From Mobula hypostoma (lineage: Eukaryota): a stretch of 64,000 nucleotides of DNA. Under the pieces are notes generated by a model. The model had not been told where the DNA came from, did no database searches, and was given only the letters and a program-made list of their open reading frames with translations. Each line of letters begins with the position of its first letter. The stretch's first letter is position 1. Shown piece by piece: positions 1 through 10,789 of the stretch. The stretch covers positions 113,586,001 through 113,650,000 of the forward strand of contig NC_086107.1 in NCBI RefSeq assembly GCF_963921235.1. Reading direction: 5' to 3'. The translations under genes and the position numbers were made by a program.

Positions 1-357
1 GAAAGGGGAGACTGAGCAATCACAATCACCAATCACAGCCGCCACTTACTCTAGCTCGCACTGCATCAGAACACGTGGAACCCAGGTTGGCCTCTACGGC
101 CACCAATAGACAGCCCCTTATGAGAACATCACCCTCGACTCGAGTGATTTCATTACCACTACATTCCAAGCATCTCAACCAGCACTGGATACAGTCATAC
201 CTCTGGAACTTTTTCAAGAGCAGGGAGGCAATGGTTGATGGGGAAAGGCGAGCTGAATCACCTGCCCCCACTCTGGATGGTCTCTGATCTTGTATGATGA
301 AGGACGTTTGGGGAGGGGGGTGGGGGTCGTGACCAAATTCGGAGCCAATGTACTTAC

Positions 358-490
358 TCGTTGGCCTTTCCGTAGTGGAGACTGAAGGCGAAATATTTAC
401 TGGACTCCTTCAACACCTCCCAAGTGCATTCAATCTGCTGGATCCCGTCGTAGGAACACTGCAGATTTCGTGGCATTATCTTGGCTTCCT
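358..490 (-). CDS. CSF2RB: CSF2RB-like coding exon 6 (domain 3, start of second cytokine-receptor module); gene continues past window start
   Basis: Acceptor ctctcccttccacag, donor GA|GTAAGT, 133 nt, phase 1 to 2. Encodes EEAKIMPRNLQCSYDGIQQIECTWEVLKESSKYFAFSLHYGKAN, resembling human beta-c D3 [27 protein letters not shown]. A second module directly after WSXWS, with no TM exon between, is the beta-c architecture. Bases 1-20 read as another polypyrimidine tract on the minus strand. Confidence 0.9.
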
Positions 491-779
491 CTGTGGAAGG
501 GAGAGGGCAGGTTGTTAGCATCAGATCGCGGGGCAAAGTCTCATTTTGAAACCTGCTCACTGAGGTGGCTTTCCGTCTCCGCAGCGCAGATTTAACCTTC
601 GGCCAGCAGGGGGCAGAGCAGGCCCTCTCTCCCTCACATTGTTTCCCAGCTAAAGATTCACTTTATTTGTCACACGTACGTCGAAACATTGAAACATACA
701 CTGAAGTGCATCACTTGCGTGAGCGACCAACACAGCTGAAGGATGTGCTGGGGTAGCCTGCAAGCGTCGCCAGGCTTCC

Positions 780-985
780 GACACCAACATAGCATGTCCA
801 CAATTTACTAACCCGAACCCGTAAACCTTTGGAATGTGGGAGGAAACCAGAGGACTCAGAAGAAACCCCAGCGGTCACTGAGAGAACGTAGAAACTCCTT
901 ACAGTCAGAGGTGGGATTTGAACCCTGATCTGCCGATCTCAGGTGACATAGTGTGTTAACGCTAACCGCTAAGCTATTGTGCCCT
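780..985 (-). mobile_element. tRNA-derived SINE (V-SINE-like family) fragment
   Basis: Contains the family core (tgtgggaggaaacc...gaaaccc...gagaacgta..aaactccttacag) that recurs many times in the window. Confidence 0.65.
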
Positions 986-1349
986 AGTCCGCTATAGCTT
1001 TCAGATTACAGGGCAGATGGGATTGATGAAAAAGCATTGATGGGATGGGCCCACCGGCCTCCTATCATGTTGTAAGAGAATATGAAATTCCCCTTGAATC
1101 AGGGGATCCTAACCTGGGATCCACGAACCCCTCAGTTAATGGAAGGGGTCATGGCATGAACAAGACTGGGACCTCCTGCGTTAAATGGACCTTCACATAT
1201 TATTTATTTACTTGGAGATACAATGCAGCACAGCCCATTCCAGTCCTTTGAGCCATGTTGTTCAGCAATCCCCTCGAAACCCCCATTTAACCCTAACCTA
1301 ATCACAGGACAATTTACAACCACCAATTGACCTACCTGCTACCTTTTTT

Positions 1350-1890
1350 AAGACCATAAGATAAAGAAGAAGAATTAGGCTATTTGACCCATCGTGTCTG
1401 CTCCACCATTTCCCTCTCAGCCCCAATCTCCTGCCTTCCCCCCCAATATACCTTCATGCCCCAACTAATCAATAATCTATCAACCTCTGCCTTAAATATA
1501 CATAAAGACTTTGCCTCCACAGCCACCTGTGGCAATGAATTCCACTGATTCACCACTCTCTGGCTAAAAAAATTCCTCCTCATCTTCATTCTAAATGGAT
1601 GCCCCTCTATTCTAAGGCTGTGGCCTCAAGTCTTAGACTCGCCACCACAGGAAACATCCTCTCCACATCCACTTTCACTATTCGATAGGTTTCAATAAGA
1701 TCCCCCTTCATTCTTCTGAATTCCAGTGAGTAGAGGCCCAGAGCCATCAGACACTCGTCATGCGATATGCCTTTCGATCCCGGAATCATTTTCGTAAACC
1801 TCCTTTGAACCCTCTTCAATGTAAACATATCCTTTCTTAGATTAGGGGCCCAAAACTGCACACAATATTCCAAGTGAGGCCTCACTTTTG
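1350..1890 (-). mobile_element. CR1 LINE 3' fragment
   Basis: ORFs contain VRPHLEYCVQFWAP, LEFRRMKGDLIETY and RNFFSQRVVNQWNSLP, the CR1 ORF2 C-terminus. Confidence 0.9.
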
Positions 1891-2480
1891 AAGAATGGGA
1901 GAAAGACCCACCCATTCCTCAGGGAGTATGTTCAGAAGATGCTAGGGTTGAACTCTGAACCCCAACGCCCTGAGCTGTAACAGCGTCACGCTAACCACAA
2001 CACTACCGTGACGTCCTATAGGAGCAAGTTCCGCAACCTCACCAAACTCAAGGATGTGAACGGTCAGTGGCCCAGGATAACCTGAGGCCAGAGCAGGGCT
2101 GAAACGAAGGAGGGATCTCACCTGGCTTAGGGATATTTGTCAGCCACTTGATGGTGAATACCTGTTGGGGTCTGAGATGCTGGATCTAGGCTCAAGAGAT
2201 AAACTGCTCAGAAATGACACTGTGATGTGAAAAACAAAAAGCATCCAGTGCTCGGCAGCTCTGCGGGTGAAAACGCCTCATTAATGAGAGAGGTCAGAGG
2301 AGAATGGCCAGAGTGGTTCAAACTGACAGGAAGGTGACAGTCACTCAAATAACCACGTGTTACAACAGTGGTGTGCAGAAGAGCATCTCTGAATGTGCTA
2401 CAGCAGCAGGGACAGTGACAGACTTTTACCAGAAAGGAGATGGGACGGAGAACTTGGAACCCTGACATGAATGTCCAAAA

Positions 2481-2763
2481 GTTTATTTATGAGATACAGC
2501 ACCGAATAGACCCTTCCAGCTCTTCAAACCAGGCCGCCCAGCAACCCCGACTTAACCCAAGCCTAATCACGGGACAATTTCTGATGACCAATTAACCTAC
2601 CAGCTGGTACGCCTTTGGACTGTGGGAGGAAACCGGAGCACCCGGAGGAAACCCACAGGGAGAACACACAAACTCCTTACAGGCAGCAGCAGGACATGAA
2701 GCGTCACCCACGTCGCCTGTACTGTAAAGTGTTGTGCTAACTACTACGCTACCGTGCCACCCC
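2481..2763 (-). mobile_element. tRNA-derived SINE (V-SINE-like), near complete
   Basis: Minus-strand head GGTGGCACGGTAGCGTAGTAGTTAGCAC, family core, and AATAAA-type tail. Other copies at ~7590-7830, 35165-35458, 52210-52502 and 61490-61765. Confidence 0.75.
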
Positions 2764-3220
2764 CTGTGTGTTGCAGATCAAACAACAACCTGCTGGGGAA
2801 CTCAGCAGGTCAGGGTGCATTGATGGGGAGGGGAAAGCTATTGTGGAGGAAAGCTATCCTTCGTAATGTCCTGGTGCAGGGTTTCAACCCAGAGCACAAC
2901 TTGTCTCTCCACAGGTGCTGCTTGACCTCCTGAGTTCCTCCAGCAGATCCTGGTTCCAGCATCTGCTGTCTCCTGCATTGACATCCTCTACAAACAGAAG
3001 TCACAGCCTCAAAAGCGGGGCTGGATAATTGAAATAGATTGGTTTCGACCATCCTCAAACACAGATAACTTCTCACCTCAAAGCTGACCGACTCCACAAC
3101 CTATAGACACTCAAAAACTCATGTTCTCAGGATTATATATTTACTAAAGTGCTGACCATTTAATTGAACAGTGAAATAACCACAAAGGGGCCAGATTCTA
3201 GAAATAATTGCATTTAAACA

Positions 3221-3792
3221 CACTCAGTGGCCACTTTATTGGGTACACCTGTACACCTGCTCGCTAATACAAGTATCTAATCAGCCAATCACGTGGGAGC
3301 AATTCAATGAATAAAAGCATGCAGACATGGCCAAAAGGTTCAGTTGTTGTTCAGACCAAACATCAGAATGGGGAAGAATTGTGATCTAAGTGACCTTGAC
3401 TGTGGAATAATTGTTGGTGCCAGATGGGGTGGTGTGAGTATCTCAGAAAATGCCGATCTCCTGGGACTTTCACACACAACAGTCTCTAGAGTTTACAGAG
3501 AATGGTGTGAAAAACAAATAAAAAATCCAGAAAGTGGCAGTTCTATGCAAGAAAACACCTTGTTAATGACAGAGGTCAGAGGTGAAAGGTCAGACTGGTT
3601 CAAGCTGACGGGAAGGCGACAGTAACTCAAATAACCACGTGTTACAACAGTAGTGTGCAGAAGAGCATCTCTGAATGCACACCATGTCGAACCTTGAAGT
3701 GGATGGGCTACAGCAGTCTGAACACCAGGCACATATACTCTGTGTCCACTTTATTAGGTACAGCCAGCGTTCAATAAAGTGGCCACGGAGTG
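3221..3792 (+). mobile_element. Non-autonomous Tc1/mariner element (internal deletion)
   Basis: TIRs CACTCAGTGGCCACTTTATT / AATAAAGTGGCCACGGAGTG followed by TA. ORF MGKNCDLSDLDCGIIVGARWGGVSISENADLLGLSHTTVSRVYREW is a Tc1 HTH N-terminus. Partial copies at 2220-2400 and 43410-43600. Confidence 0.85.
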
Positions 3793-4299
3793 TATATTAA
3801 ACTCTTTCGAAGAAGTCGAGGGTGAAGTCTGGAAGACCAACATCTATTACCCATCCTCAATGCCCTTCAGGAGGTGAGGCCAAGCCACTGGTGTGACCTC
3901 CAGGAACTTGTTCCAGTCACGGGAATGGACCAGCAAATCCTTTCCAGGTCAGACTGTTGCTCAGATTTTGATTGGCTGCTCAAATAGCGCTTTGTGGAGT
4001 TTGGTACTAAGTTTGGTCTGTTAATCTTGAACTTCCCCCTCCCCCCCACTTTCCTTCCTTTCGCTCTTTTCCTCCTGTCTTTTCTCATTCCTCATTCTTG
4101 TTACCCTTTTCCTCCCTCCTCATGATCTACCATCACCTCCACCTGGTTCCCCTCCTCCTTCCCTTTCTTCCATGGTCCACTCTCCTTCCCCCATTAGATG
4201 CCTTCTTCTCCTTCAGCCCTTGCCCTCTTCCACCTATCACCTCCCAGTTTCTCACTTCATCCCCCTCCGCACCCACCCGCCTTCCCCCTCACCTCTCTC

Positions 4300-4510
4300 T
4301 TGCCAGGAATGACTTCCTATGACGCTCTGTGCTGCATCTCGGTGGAATGAGTCTCTGGCTGAATGTACTCCTGTGCCCAACCAGCACATTATGTAGTGGA
4401 TGGGAGACATTGTCCAAGATGACATGCAACTTAGACAGCATCCTCTTTTCAGACACCACCATCAGAGAGTCCAGTTCCATCCCCACAACATCACTGGCCT
4501 TACGAATATG
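4300..4510 (-). mobile_element. Rex1/Babar-type LINE 3' fragment
   Basis: SHPLHNVL...STFSQRLIPPRCSTERHRKSFL, the same family as 8500-9130. Confidence 0.8.
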
Positions 4511-4634
4511 CATGGCTCAAGATTTCCACCATCTGCAGAACGTTTGTGTCAAGCGTCTTGCTATATTTGCCCGTTCTGGTTAACGCTATGCCCTTTCCCC
4601 ACAGACCTTTCTCCAGACTTCCCCTGGTAGTCAC

Positions 4635-4827
4635 CTGCTTGAGGCTCCACCTCAGTTCTCATCACATCCCATTGGACAGGCGAGCTCCACACACTCCAGC
4701 GGCCTCCATAGTTGGAGTCTAGCTGCCTCACCCGTACGCGAGCAATGTAGGTATCGTCAGAGATCAGGGCTGTGCTCTTGATTTCAAGTTGACTGTTGTC
4801 CCCTGCGATGGTTTCGCTCACTGAATT
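4635..4827 (-). CDS. CSF2RB: CSF2RB-like coding exon 5 (domain 2, C-half with WSXWS)
   Basis: Acceptor ttttgccttctgcag, donor G|GTGACT, 193 nt, phase 0 to 1. Encodes NSVSETIAGDNSQLEIKSTALISDDTYIARVRVRQLDSNYGGRWSVWSSPVQWDVMRTEVEPQA, with the YxARVRVR and G-x-WSXWS class I receptor signature. Confidence 0.93.
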
Positions 4828-5141
4828 CTGCAGAAGGCAAAAGGGAGAGGTCATTCATTTTCTTTTTGGGGATTGTCACGAGAAAGACAGACATTTCCCA
4901 AATCTTCTAGCTTAGATCTTCACACCTCCAGAGATAAGATCGCTACCTAGTTTAGAGCGATCTGAAGGTCAATTCCTCAGTTCTGGTGGCATTCACTTCC
5001 CTGAACCCACTTCATCTTCATCCAACCTGAGCTAGCGTTGTACCACTGATGTCACTGTGAGGTCCCTTACCTGGTCCCCAACATCCAACCTGCTTGGCCA
5101 GACCAATTTGTTCATCTCCAGCACATTCACACAGTCCTTAC

Positions 5142-5299
5142 CTCCCAGGACTCCCAAGTCCGCTTGTAGCTGACTTCATACTGTAACATTCCCAAGCGTA
5201 TACTGGAGGAATCCCCAGCATAAATTGTTTCCCAGGACAGTAGGTAGTCCCCTGACAGCGTGTCAGCAACAGTCAGATTGTACGGAGGTTGCAGCTTGA
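5142..5299 (-). CDS. CSF2RB: CSF2RB-like coding exon 4 (domain 2 FN3, N-half); not in the ORF track
   Basis: Acceptor ctttcaaccttcag, donor GAG|GTAAGG, 158 nt, phase 1 to 0. Encodes (I)KLQPPYNLTVADTLSGDYLLSWETIYAGDSSSIRLGMLQYEVSYKRTWESWE, with typical PPxNL, LLSW and YEVxYKR motifs. Confidence 0.92.
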
Positions 5300-5408
5300 C
5301 TGAAGGTTGAAAGAGTCAAAAATATTAGTCCTGGAGGACGAGCCTTGACTGTTGTTTTACAAAGTTCAAATCTAAAAGTAAATTAATATCAAAGTACATC
5401 TACAGTAT

Positions 5409-5637
5409 TGTGGTAAACCACATATTTATGTTGTAACTGGGTTACCTGTCTGGACACACCCCTCTGCTGACTGCCCCTGTGGCTCCTCCCACAGAGTCCT
5501 GTATAAAGGTGTTTGCCTTGCCCCTCCCCCTCAGTCCGGGGGCAGACACTCACTGTGGAGGTCGTATTGTACAGCGAATAAAAGCATTTCAGTATTTTAC
5601 CAAACCTCAGTCTTTTGGAGTAATTGAAGGTGCTTCA
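5409..5637 (+). mobile_element. Short solo LTR (229 bp)
   Basis: TG...CA ends, 5-bp TSD AGTAT (5404-5408 / 5638-5642), TATAAA at ~5502 and AATAAA at ~5577. Confidence 0.75.
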
Positions 5638-5770
5638 AGTATGTCATCATATACTTGCCTGAGATTCCTTTTCTTGCATGCATTCACATTAGAACAACAA
5701 AAAACTACACACAGTCTGACAAACAACCAATGTGTAAAAGAACACTAACTGTGCAAATACAAAGTAATAA

Positions 5771-6080
5771 CCACGTGGCCGAGTGGTTAAGACGTTGGAC
5801 TAGTGATTTGAAGGTCGTGAGTTCGAGCCTTGGCTGAGGGAACGTGTTGTGTCCTTGAGCAAGGCACTTAACCACACATGGCTCTGCGACGACACCGGTG
5901 CCAAGCTGTATCGGCCCTTGCCCTTCCCTTGGACAACATTGGTGTCGTGGAGAGGGGTGACTTGCAGCATGGGCAACTGCTGGTCTTCCATACAACCTTG
6001 CCCAGGCCTGCGCCCTGGAGAGTGAAGACTTTCCCAGGCGCAGATCCATGGTCTCGCAAGACTAACGGATGCCTTTATTT
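5771..6080 (+). mobile_element. tRNA-headed SINE (second family)
   Basis: A-box TGGCCGAGTGG and B-box GTTCGAGCC head. A near-identical inverted copy lies at 56855-57148 and a fragment at 56555-56615. Confidence 0.8.
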
Positions 6081-6149
6081 ATTTAATCATGTATACTATT
6101 ATTTGGGTGGCACAGTAGCATGGTGGTTAGCACAATGCTATAAAGCACC

Positions 6150-7590
6150 TAAACACGAGAAAATCTACAGATGCTGGAATTTCAAGCAACGCATATAAAA
6201 ATTGCTGGTGAGCACAGCAGGCCAGGCAGCATCTATAGGAAGCGGTACAGTCGACGTTTCGGGCCGAGACCCTTCGTCAGGACTAACTGAAGGAAGAGCT
6301 AGTAAGAGATTTGAAAGTGGGACGGGGAGGGGGAGATCCAAAATGATAGGAGAAGACAGGAGGGGGAGGGATGGAGCCAAGAGCTGGACAGGTGATTGGC
6401 AAAAGGGATACGAGAGGATCATGGGACAAGAGGCCCGGGGAGAAAGAAAAGGGGGAGGGGGGAAGCCCAGAGGATGGGCAAGGGGTATAGTGAGAGGGAC
6501 AGAGGGAGAAAAAGGAGAGAGAGAAAAAAAATTAACAATGATAAGGAATAAATAAATAACGGATGGGGTATGAAGGGGAGGTGGGACATTAACAGAAGTT
6601 AGAGAAGTCGATGCTCATGCCAACAGGTTGGAGGCTACCCAGACGACTTCTGCCACCTTCAACGGGATCCCACCACTAAGCATATCCTTCCCTCCTCCCC
6701 TCTCTCTGCTTTCCACAGCGATCGCTCCTTATGCGACTCCCTTGTCCATTCATCCCCTCATCCTTTCCCACTGATCTCCCTCCCAGCACTTATCCTTGTA
6801 AGTGGAACAAATGCTACACATACCCTTACACTTCCTCCCTTACCACCATTCAGGGCCCCAGACAGTCCTTCCAGGTGAGGCATCACTTCACCTGTGAGTC
6901 GGCTGGGGTGATATACTGCGTCCAGTGCTCCCAATGTGGCCTTCTATATATTGGCGAGACCTGACACAGACTGGGAGATCGTTTTGCTGAACACCTACGC
7001 TCTGTCCGCCAGAGAAAGCAGGATCTCCCAGTGGCCACACATTTTAATTCCACATCCCATTCCCATTCTGACATGTCTATCCACGGCCTCCTCTACTGTA
7101 AAGATGAAGCCACACTCAGGTTGGAGGAACAACATCTTATATTCCGTCTGGGTAGCCTCCAACCTGATGGCATGAACATTGACTTCTCGAACTTCCGCTA
7201 ATGCCCCACCTCCCCCTCGTACCCCATCCGTTATTTATTTATATACACACATTCTTTCTCTCTCTCTCCTTTTTCTCCCTCTGTCCCTCTGACTATACCC
7301 CTTGCCCATCCTCTGGGCTTCCCCCCTCCCCCTTTCTTTCTCCCTGGGCCTCCTGTCCCATGATCCTCTCATATCCCTTTTGCCAATCACCCGTCCAGCT
7401 CTTGGCTCCATCCCTCCCCCTCCTGTCTTCTCCTATCACTTCTGATCTCTCCCTCCCCCTCCCACTTTCAAATCTCTTCTTTCAGTTAGTCCTGACGAAG
7501 GGTCTCGGCCCAAAACGTCGACTGTACCTCTTCCTATAGATGCTGCCTGGCCTGCTGCGTTCACCAGCAATTTTTATGTGTGCTGCTTTA
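6150..7590 (+). mobile_element. Penelope-like element, 5'-truncated with inverted terminal repeat
   Basis: GIY-YIG domain VIYCVQCSQCGLLYIGET...RFAEH...PVATHFN...LEEQHLIFRLGSLQPDGMNIDF at ~6900-7200. 6150-6643 is an inverted copy of ~7140-7590. Inserted into a SINE whose head is at 6105-6148 and whose body resumes at ~7590. Confidence 0.9.
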
Positions 7591-8254
7591 AAGTACCGGT
7601 GACCCAGGTTCAATTCCCACCACTGCCTGTGAGGAGTTTGTACGTTCTCCATGTGACCGTGTGGGTTTCCTCAAGGTGCTCCAGTTTCCTCCCACAGTCC
7701 AAAGGCGTACCAGTCAGTAGGTTAATTGGTCATTGTAAATTGACCTGTGATTAGGTTAGGGGCAAATCGGGGGATTGCTGGGCAGGGTAAACGAAGGGCT
7801 GGAAAGTCTGTATCTCAATAAACAAATAAATCAATTTCTGGACAAATAAGTAAATAGATAGATAAGTGAATGAATAAATAGATAAATAACACCGGTTAAT
7901 GTGGCACTATTACAGCTTGGGGCGTTAGAGTTCAGAGTTCAATTCCAGCTCCTCTGCAAGGAGTCTGTTTACATCCTCCCTGTGCAATGCATGGGTGTTC
8001 CTCGGGTGCTCTGCTTTCCTCCCACAGTCCAAAGACGTACTGGGCAGGCGAGCTGGACATTGTAAATTATTCCGCGACCAGGTTAGGGTTAAACTGGGGC
8101 TGGGCTGGGCTGGCTCGAAAGGCCGGAAGGGTCACAAAATAAATAAATAATCCCAAGCACACGAATTGCAGAATCGTTGAACGTGGGTCTGAAGGTTGGA
8201 ATCGAGTGACAAGGATAAACCGAAACAAAACAAACACTCTCAAGACCAACTTAC

Positions 8255-8418
8255 TGTTTTCCATCAATTGGAAGGATTTTTTGAGGTCTACAGGTTTCTT
8301 CGGTTTAAAAGTGAAAATATATTCAATTCCGATACCAAAATACTTTTCCTTTATGCTGCAGTGGCCCACAGTGCCAGAGATTCCCCTGGATGTCTCCGTC
8401 TTGTTGCACAAAAACAGG
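8255..8418 (-). CDS. CSF2RB: CSF2RB-like coding exon 3 (domain 1, C-half)
   Basis: Acceptor ttctcttctcctttcag, donor A|GTAAGT, 164 nt, phase 2 to 1. Encodes LFLCNKTETSRGISGTVGHCSIKEKYFGIGIEYIFTFKPKKPVDLKKSFQLMEN, which aligns by eye with human [23 protein letters not shown]. Confidence 0.85.
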
Positions 8419-8499
8419 CTGAAAGGAGAAGAGAAAAATAAGGTGTTTTACTAGAAGTATTTCAACCCACTTCATGACAACAAATTCAACATAACCCAG

Positions 8500-9130
8500 T
8501 TACCTGGGGATACGAATTGACAATAAACTGGACTGGTCAAAGAACACTGAGGCTGTCTACAAAAAGGGTCAGAGCCGTCTCTATTTCCTGAGGAGACTGA
8601 GGTCCTTTAACATCTACCGGACGATGCTGAGGATGTTCTACGAGTCTGTGGTGGCCAGTGCGATCATGTTTGCTGTTGTGTGCTGGGGCAGCAGGCTGAG
8701 GGTAGCAGACACCAACAGAATCAACAAACTCATTCGTAAGGCCAGTGATGTTGTGGGGATGGAACAGGACTCTCTCACGGTGGTGTCTGAAAAGAGGATG
8801 CTGTCTAAGTTGCATGCCATCTTGGACAATGTCTCCCATCCACTACATAATGTACTGGGTGGGCACAGGAGTACATTCAGCCAGAGACTCATTCCACCGA
8901 GATGCAGCACAGAGCGTCATAGGAAGTCATTCCTGCCTGTGGCCATCAAACCTTACAACTCCTCACTTGGAGGGTCAGACACCCTGAGCCAATAGACTGG
9001 TCCTGGACTTATTTCCTGGCATAATTTACATATTACTATTTAACTATTTATGGTGCAACTGTAATGAAAACCAATTTCCCCTGGGATCAATAAAGTATGA
9101 CTATGACTATGACTATGACTATGACTATGG
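8500..9130 (+). mobile_element. Rex1/Babar-type LINE 3' end
   Basis: RLYFLRRLRSF...MFYESVVASAIMFAVVCWG...HPLH...RKSFLPVAIK, ending in AATAAAG plus a (TATGAC)n tail. Confidence 0.85.
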
Positions 9131-9189
9131 TTATGGTACAGAGCATCTCCAGTGGCTTTACCCTGAGGGTGCAGTTTCCAATCAGGACA

Positions 9190-9560
9190 CCAGAGGGAGG
9201 GAGAGAGCAGTCAAGCCATGTAGAGGGAGGGAGAGGACGCCTTGGGGCATAGAGGAAGAGAGAGAACAGCCTTGGAGCAAAGAGGGAGGGAGGGAAGGGT
9301 CTAGGAGCATAGAGAGAGTGTGAGATGGGTCTAAAAGTGCAGAGGGGGAGAAGGAAGGGACTAGGAGTGTAGAGGGAGAGAGTGAAAGTCTAGTAGTGTA
9401 GAGGTAGAGTGAGACAGGTCTAGGAGTGCAGAGGGGGAGAGGGAAGGGACTAGGAGTGTAGAGGAAGAAAGAGGTCTAGGAGTGTAGATGGAGAGAGGGA
9501 AGGGTCTAGAGTGCTGAGGGAGAGAGAGAGAGGGTCGAGGAATGTAGAGGAATGAAGAGA
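9190..9560. repeat. Purine-rich degenerate minisatellite (~30 bp unit)
   Basis: Recurring GGGTCTAGGAGTGTAGAGGGAGAG-like units. Confidence 0.7.
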
Positions 9561-9895
9561 AGGGTCTATGAGTGTACAGGGACACTGAGAAGTACCTGGT
9601 GAGATCTGTAGGATCAGGATTGCAGAGGGAAGGGCAGAGGGGTCTGGGAGGGAGGGGTCGGAGAGTGTTGGGTGGGTGTTCCATGGTATGTGAGCTATTG
9701 ATTCCCGAGTGGATGAAGTGACCCTCCTATGCTGCGAGTCAGCAGGCTGCCAACACTGAGCAGGACCTGAGGGGCAGGGGAAGAGGGTGAGCACGAGTAA
9801 AGAGTGAAAGAGTGACGGAATCCCCCACCCGAGGGAGTGCGGGGACCAAGTGGGGAAGGTAAGGTGAGGTAGAACGAGTAAGGTTAGAGATAGAG

Positions 9896-10094
9896 ACTGA
9901 GTGTGTGTGTGATGTGTGTATGTGTGTGTGTGGAGTGTGTGTGTGTGTATGTGTGTGTGTAGAGTGTGAGTGTGTGTGTGTGTGTGATGTGTGTGTTTGT
10001 GTGTGTGTGTGTGGAGTGTGTGTGTGTGTGTGTGTGTGTGTAGAGTGTGAGTGTGTGTGTGTGTGTGATGTGTGTGTTTGTGTGTGTGTGTGTG

Positions 10095-10131
<37 letters not shown>

Positions 10132-10260
10132 TGTGTGTGTGTGTAGAGTGTGAGTGTGTGTGTGTGTGTGTGATGTGTGTGTGATGTGTGTGTGTGTGTG
10201 TGGAGTGTGTGTGTGTGTATGTGTGTGTGTAGAGTGTGAGTGTGTGTGTGTGTGTGTGTG

Positions 10261-10294
<34 letters not shown>

Positions 10295-10380
10295 AGTGTG
10301 TGTGGAGTGTGTGTGTGTGTGTGTGTGTGTGCGTGTGCGTGCGATGCCTGTGTGTGTCTGACTGTATGAGTGTGTGTGTC
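9896..10380. repeat. Compound (GT)n microsatellite
   Basis: Long GT array with interruptions that recur every ~80-100 bp (agagtgtgag at 9961, 10042, 10145, 10231). Confidence 0.95.
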
Positions 10381-10590
10381 TGAACACCTTTGAAGATGGC
10401 TGCCAGTGACCAGTGGATTTCCATAGGGGTCAGTGTTGGGACCACAAATTTTCCCTTTATACATTAATGATGTGGAAGGCTTTGTCGCCAAGTCTGCAGA
10501 CAATACGCAGATAGGTAGAGGAACGTAGTGGTGCAGACACTCAGCACAAGACAGGCAACAACACAGTAATTCATCTTGAAGCATACGAAC

Positions 10591-10729
10591 CAGGGCTTGC
10601 ACAGAATTGAAAGTCTCTGATAGTATAGGTCCATTGGGATGGAATGGTTTGCTGTTGTGTCTTCCATCCACTGGCAGTCGATCTTGTTCATATAGTCGGT
10701 GTAACACTTTAAGCTGTTTATGTTTTGTC
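10591..10729 (-). CDS. CSF2RB: CSF2RB-like coding exon 2 (domain 1, N-half)
   Basis: Acceptor ttttccctgtcaccctag, phase 1, encodes (G)QNINSLKCYTDYMNKIDCQWMEDTTANHSIPMDLYYQRLSI... The C-Y-x-D-Y...C-x-W pattern matches human beta-c LRCYNDYTSHITCRW. The donor is uncertain: phase-2 GT after 10603 or after 10591. Confidence 0.85.
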
Positions 10730-10789
10730 CTAGGGTGACAGGGAAAAGTAGGGATCAAAAATAGGCACTGCAAAACTCTTCAAATGCCA

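Noticed and set aside
5771..5850. tRNA gene
   Set aside because: The tRNA-like head continues into a body repeated at 56855-57148, so it is a SINE. The same holds for 32135-32209.
9450..10773. Long His/Thr- and Cys/Val-rich ORFs (331 and 344 aa)
   Set aside because: They are translations of the (GT)n microsatellite. The same applies to ORFs at 14081-14863, 15672-16139 and 36020-36608.
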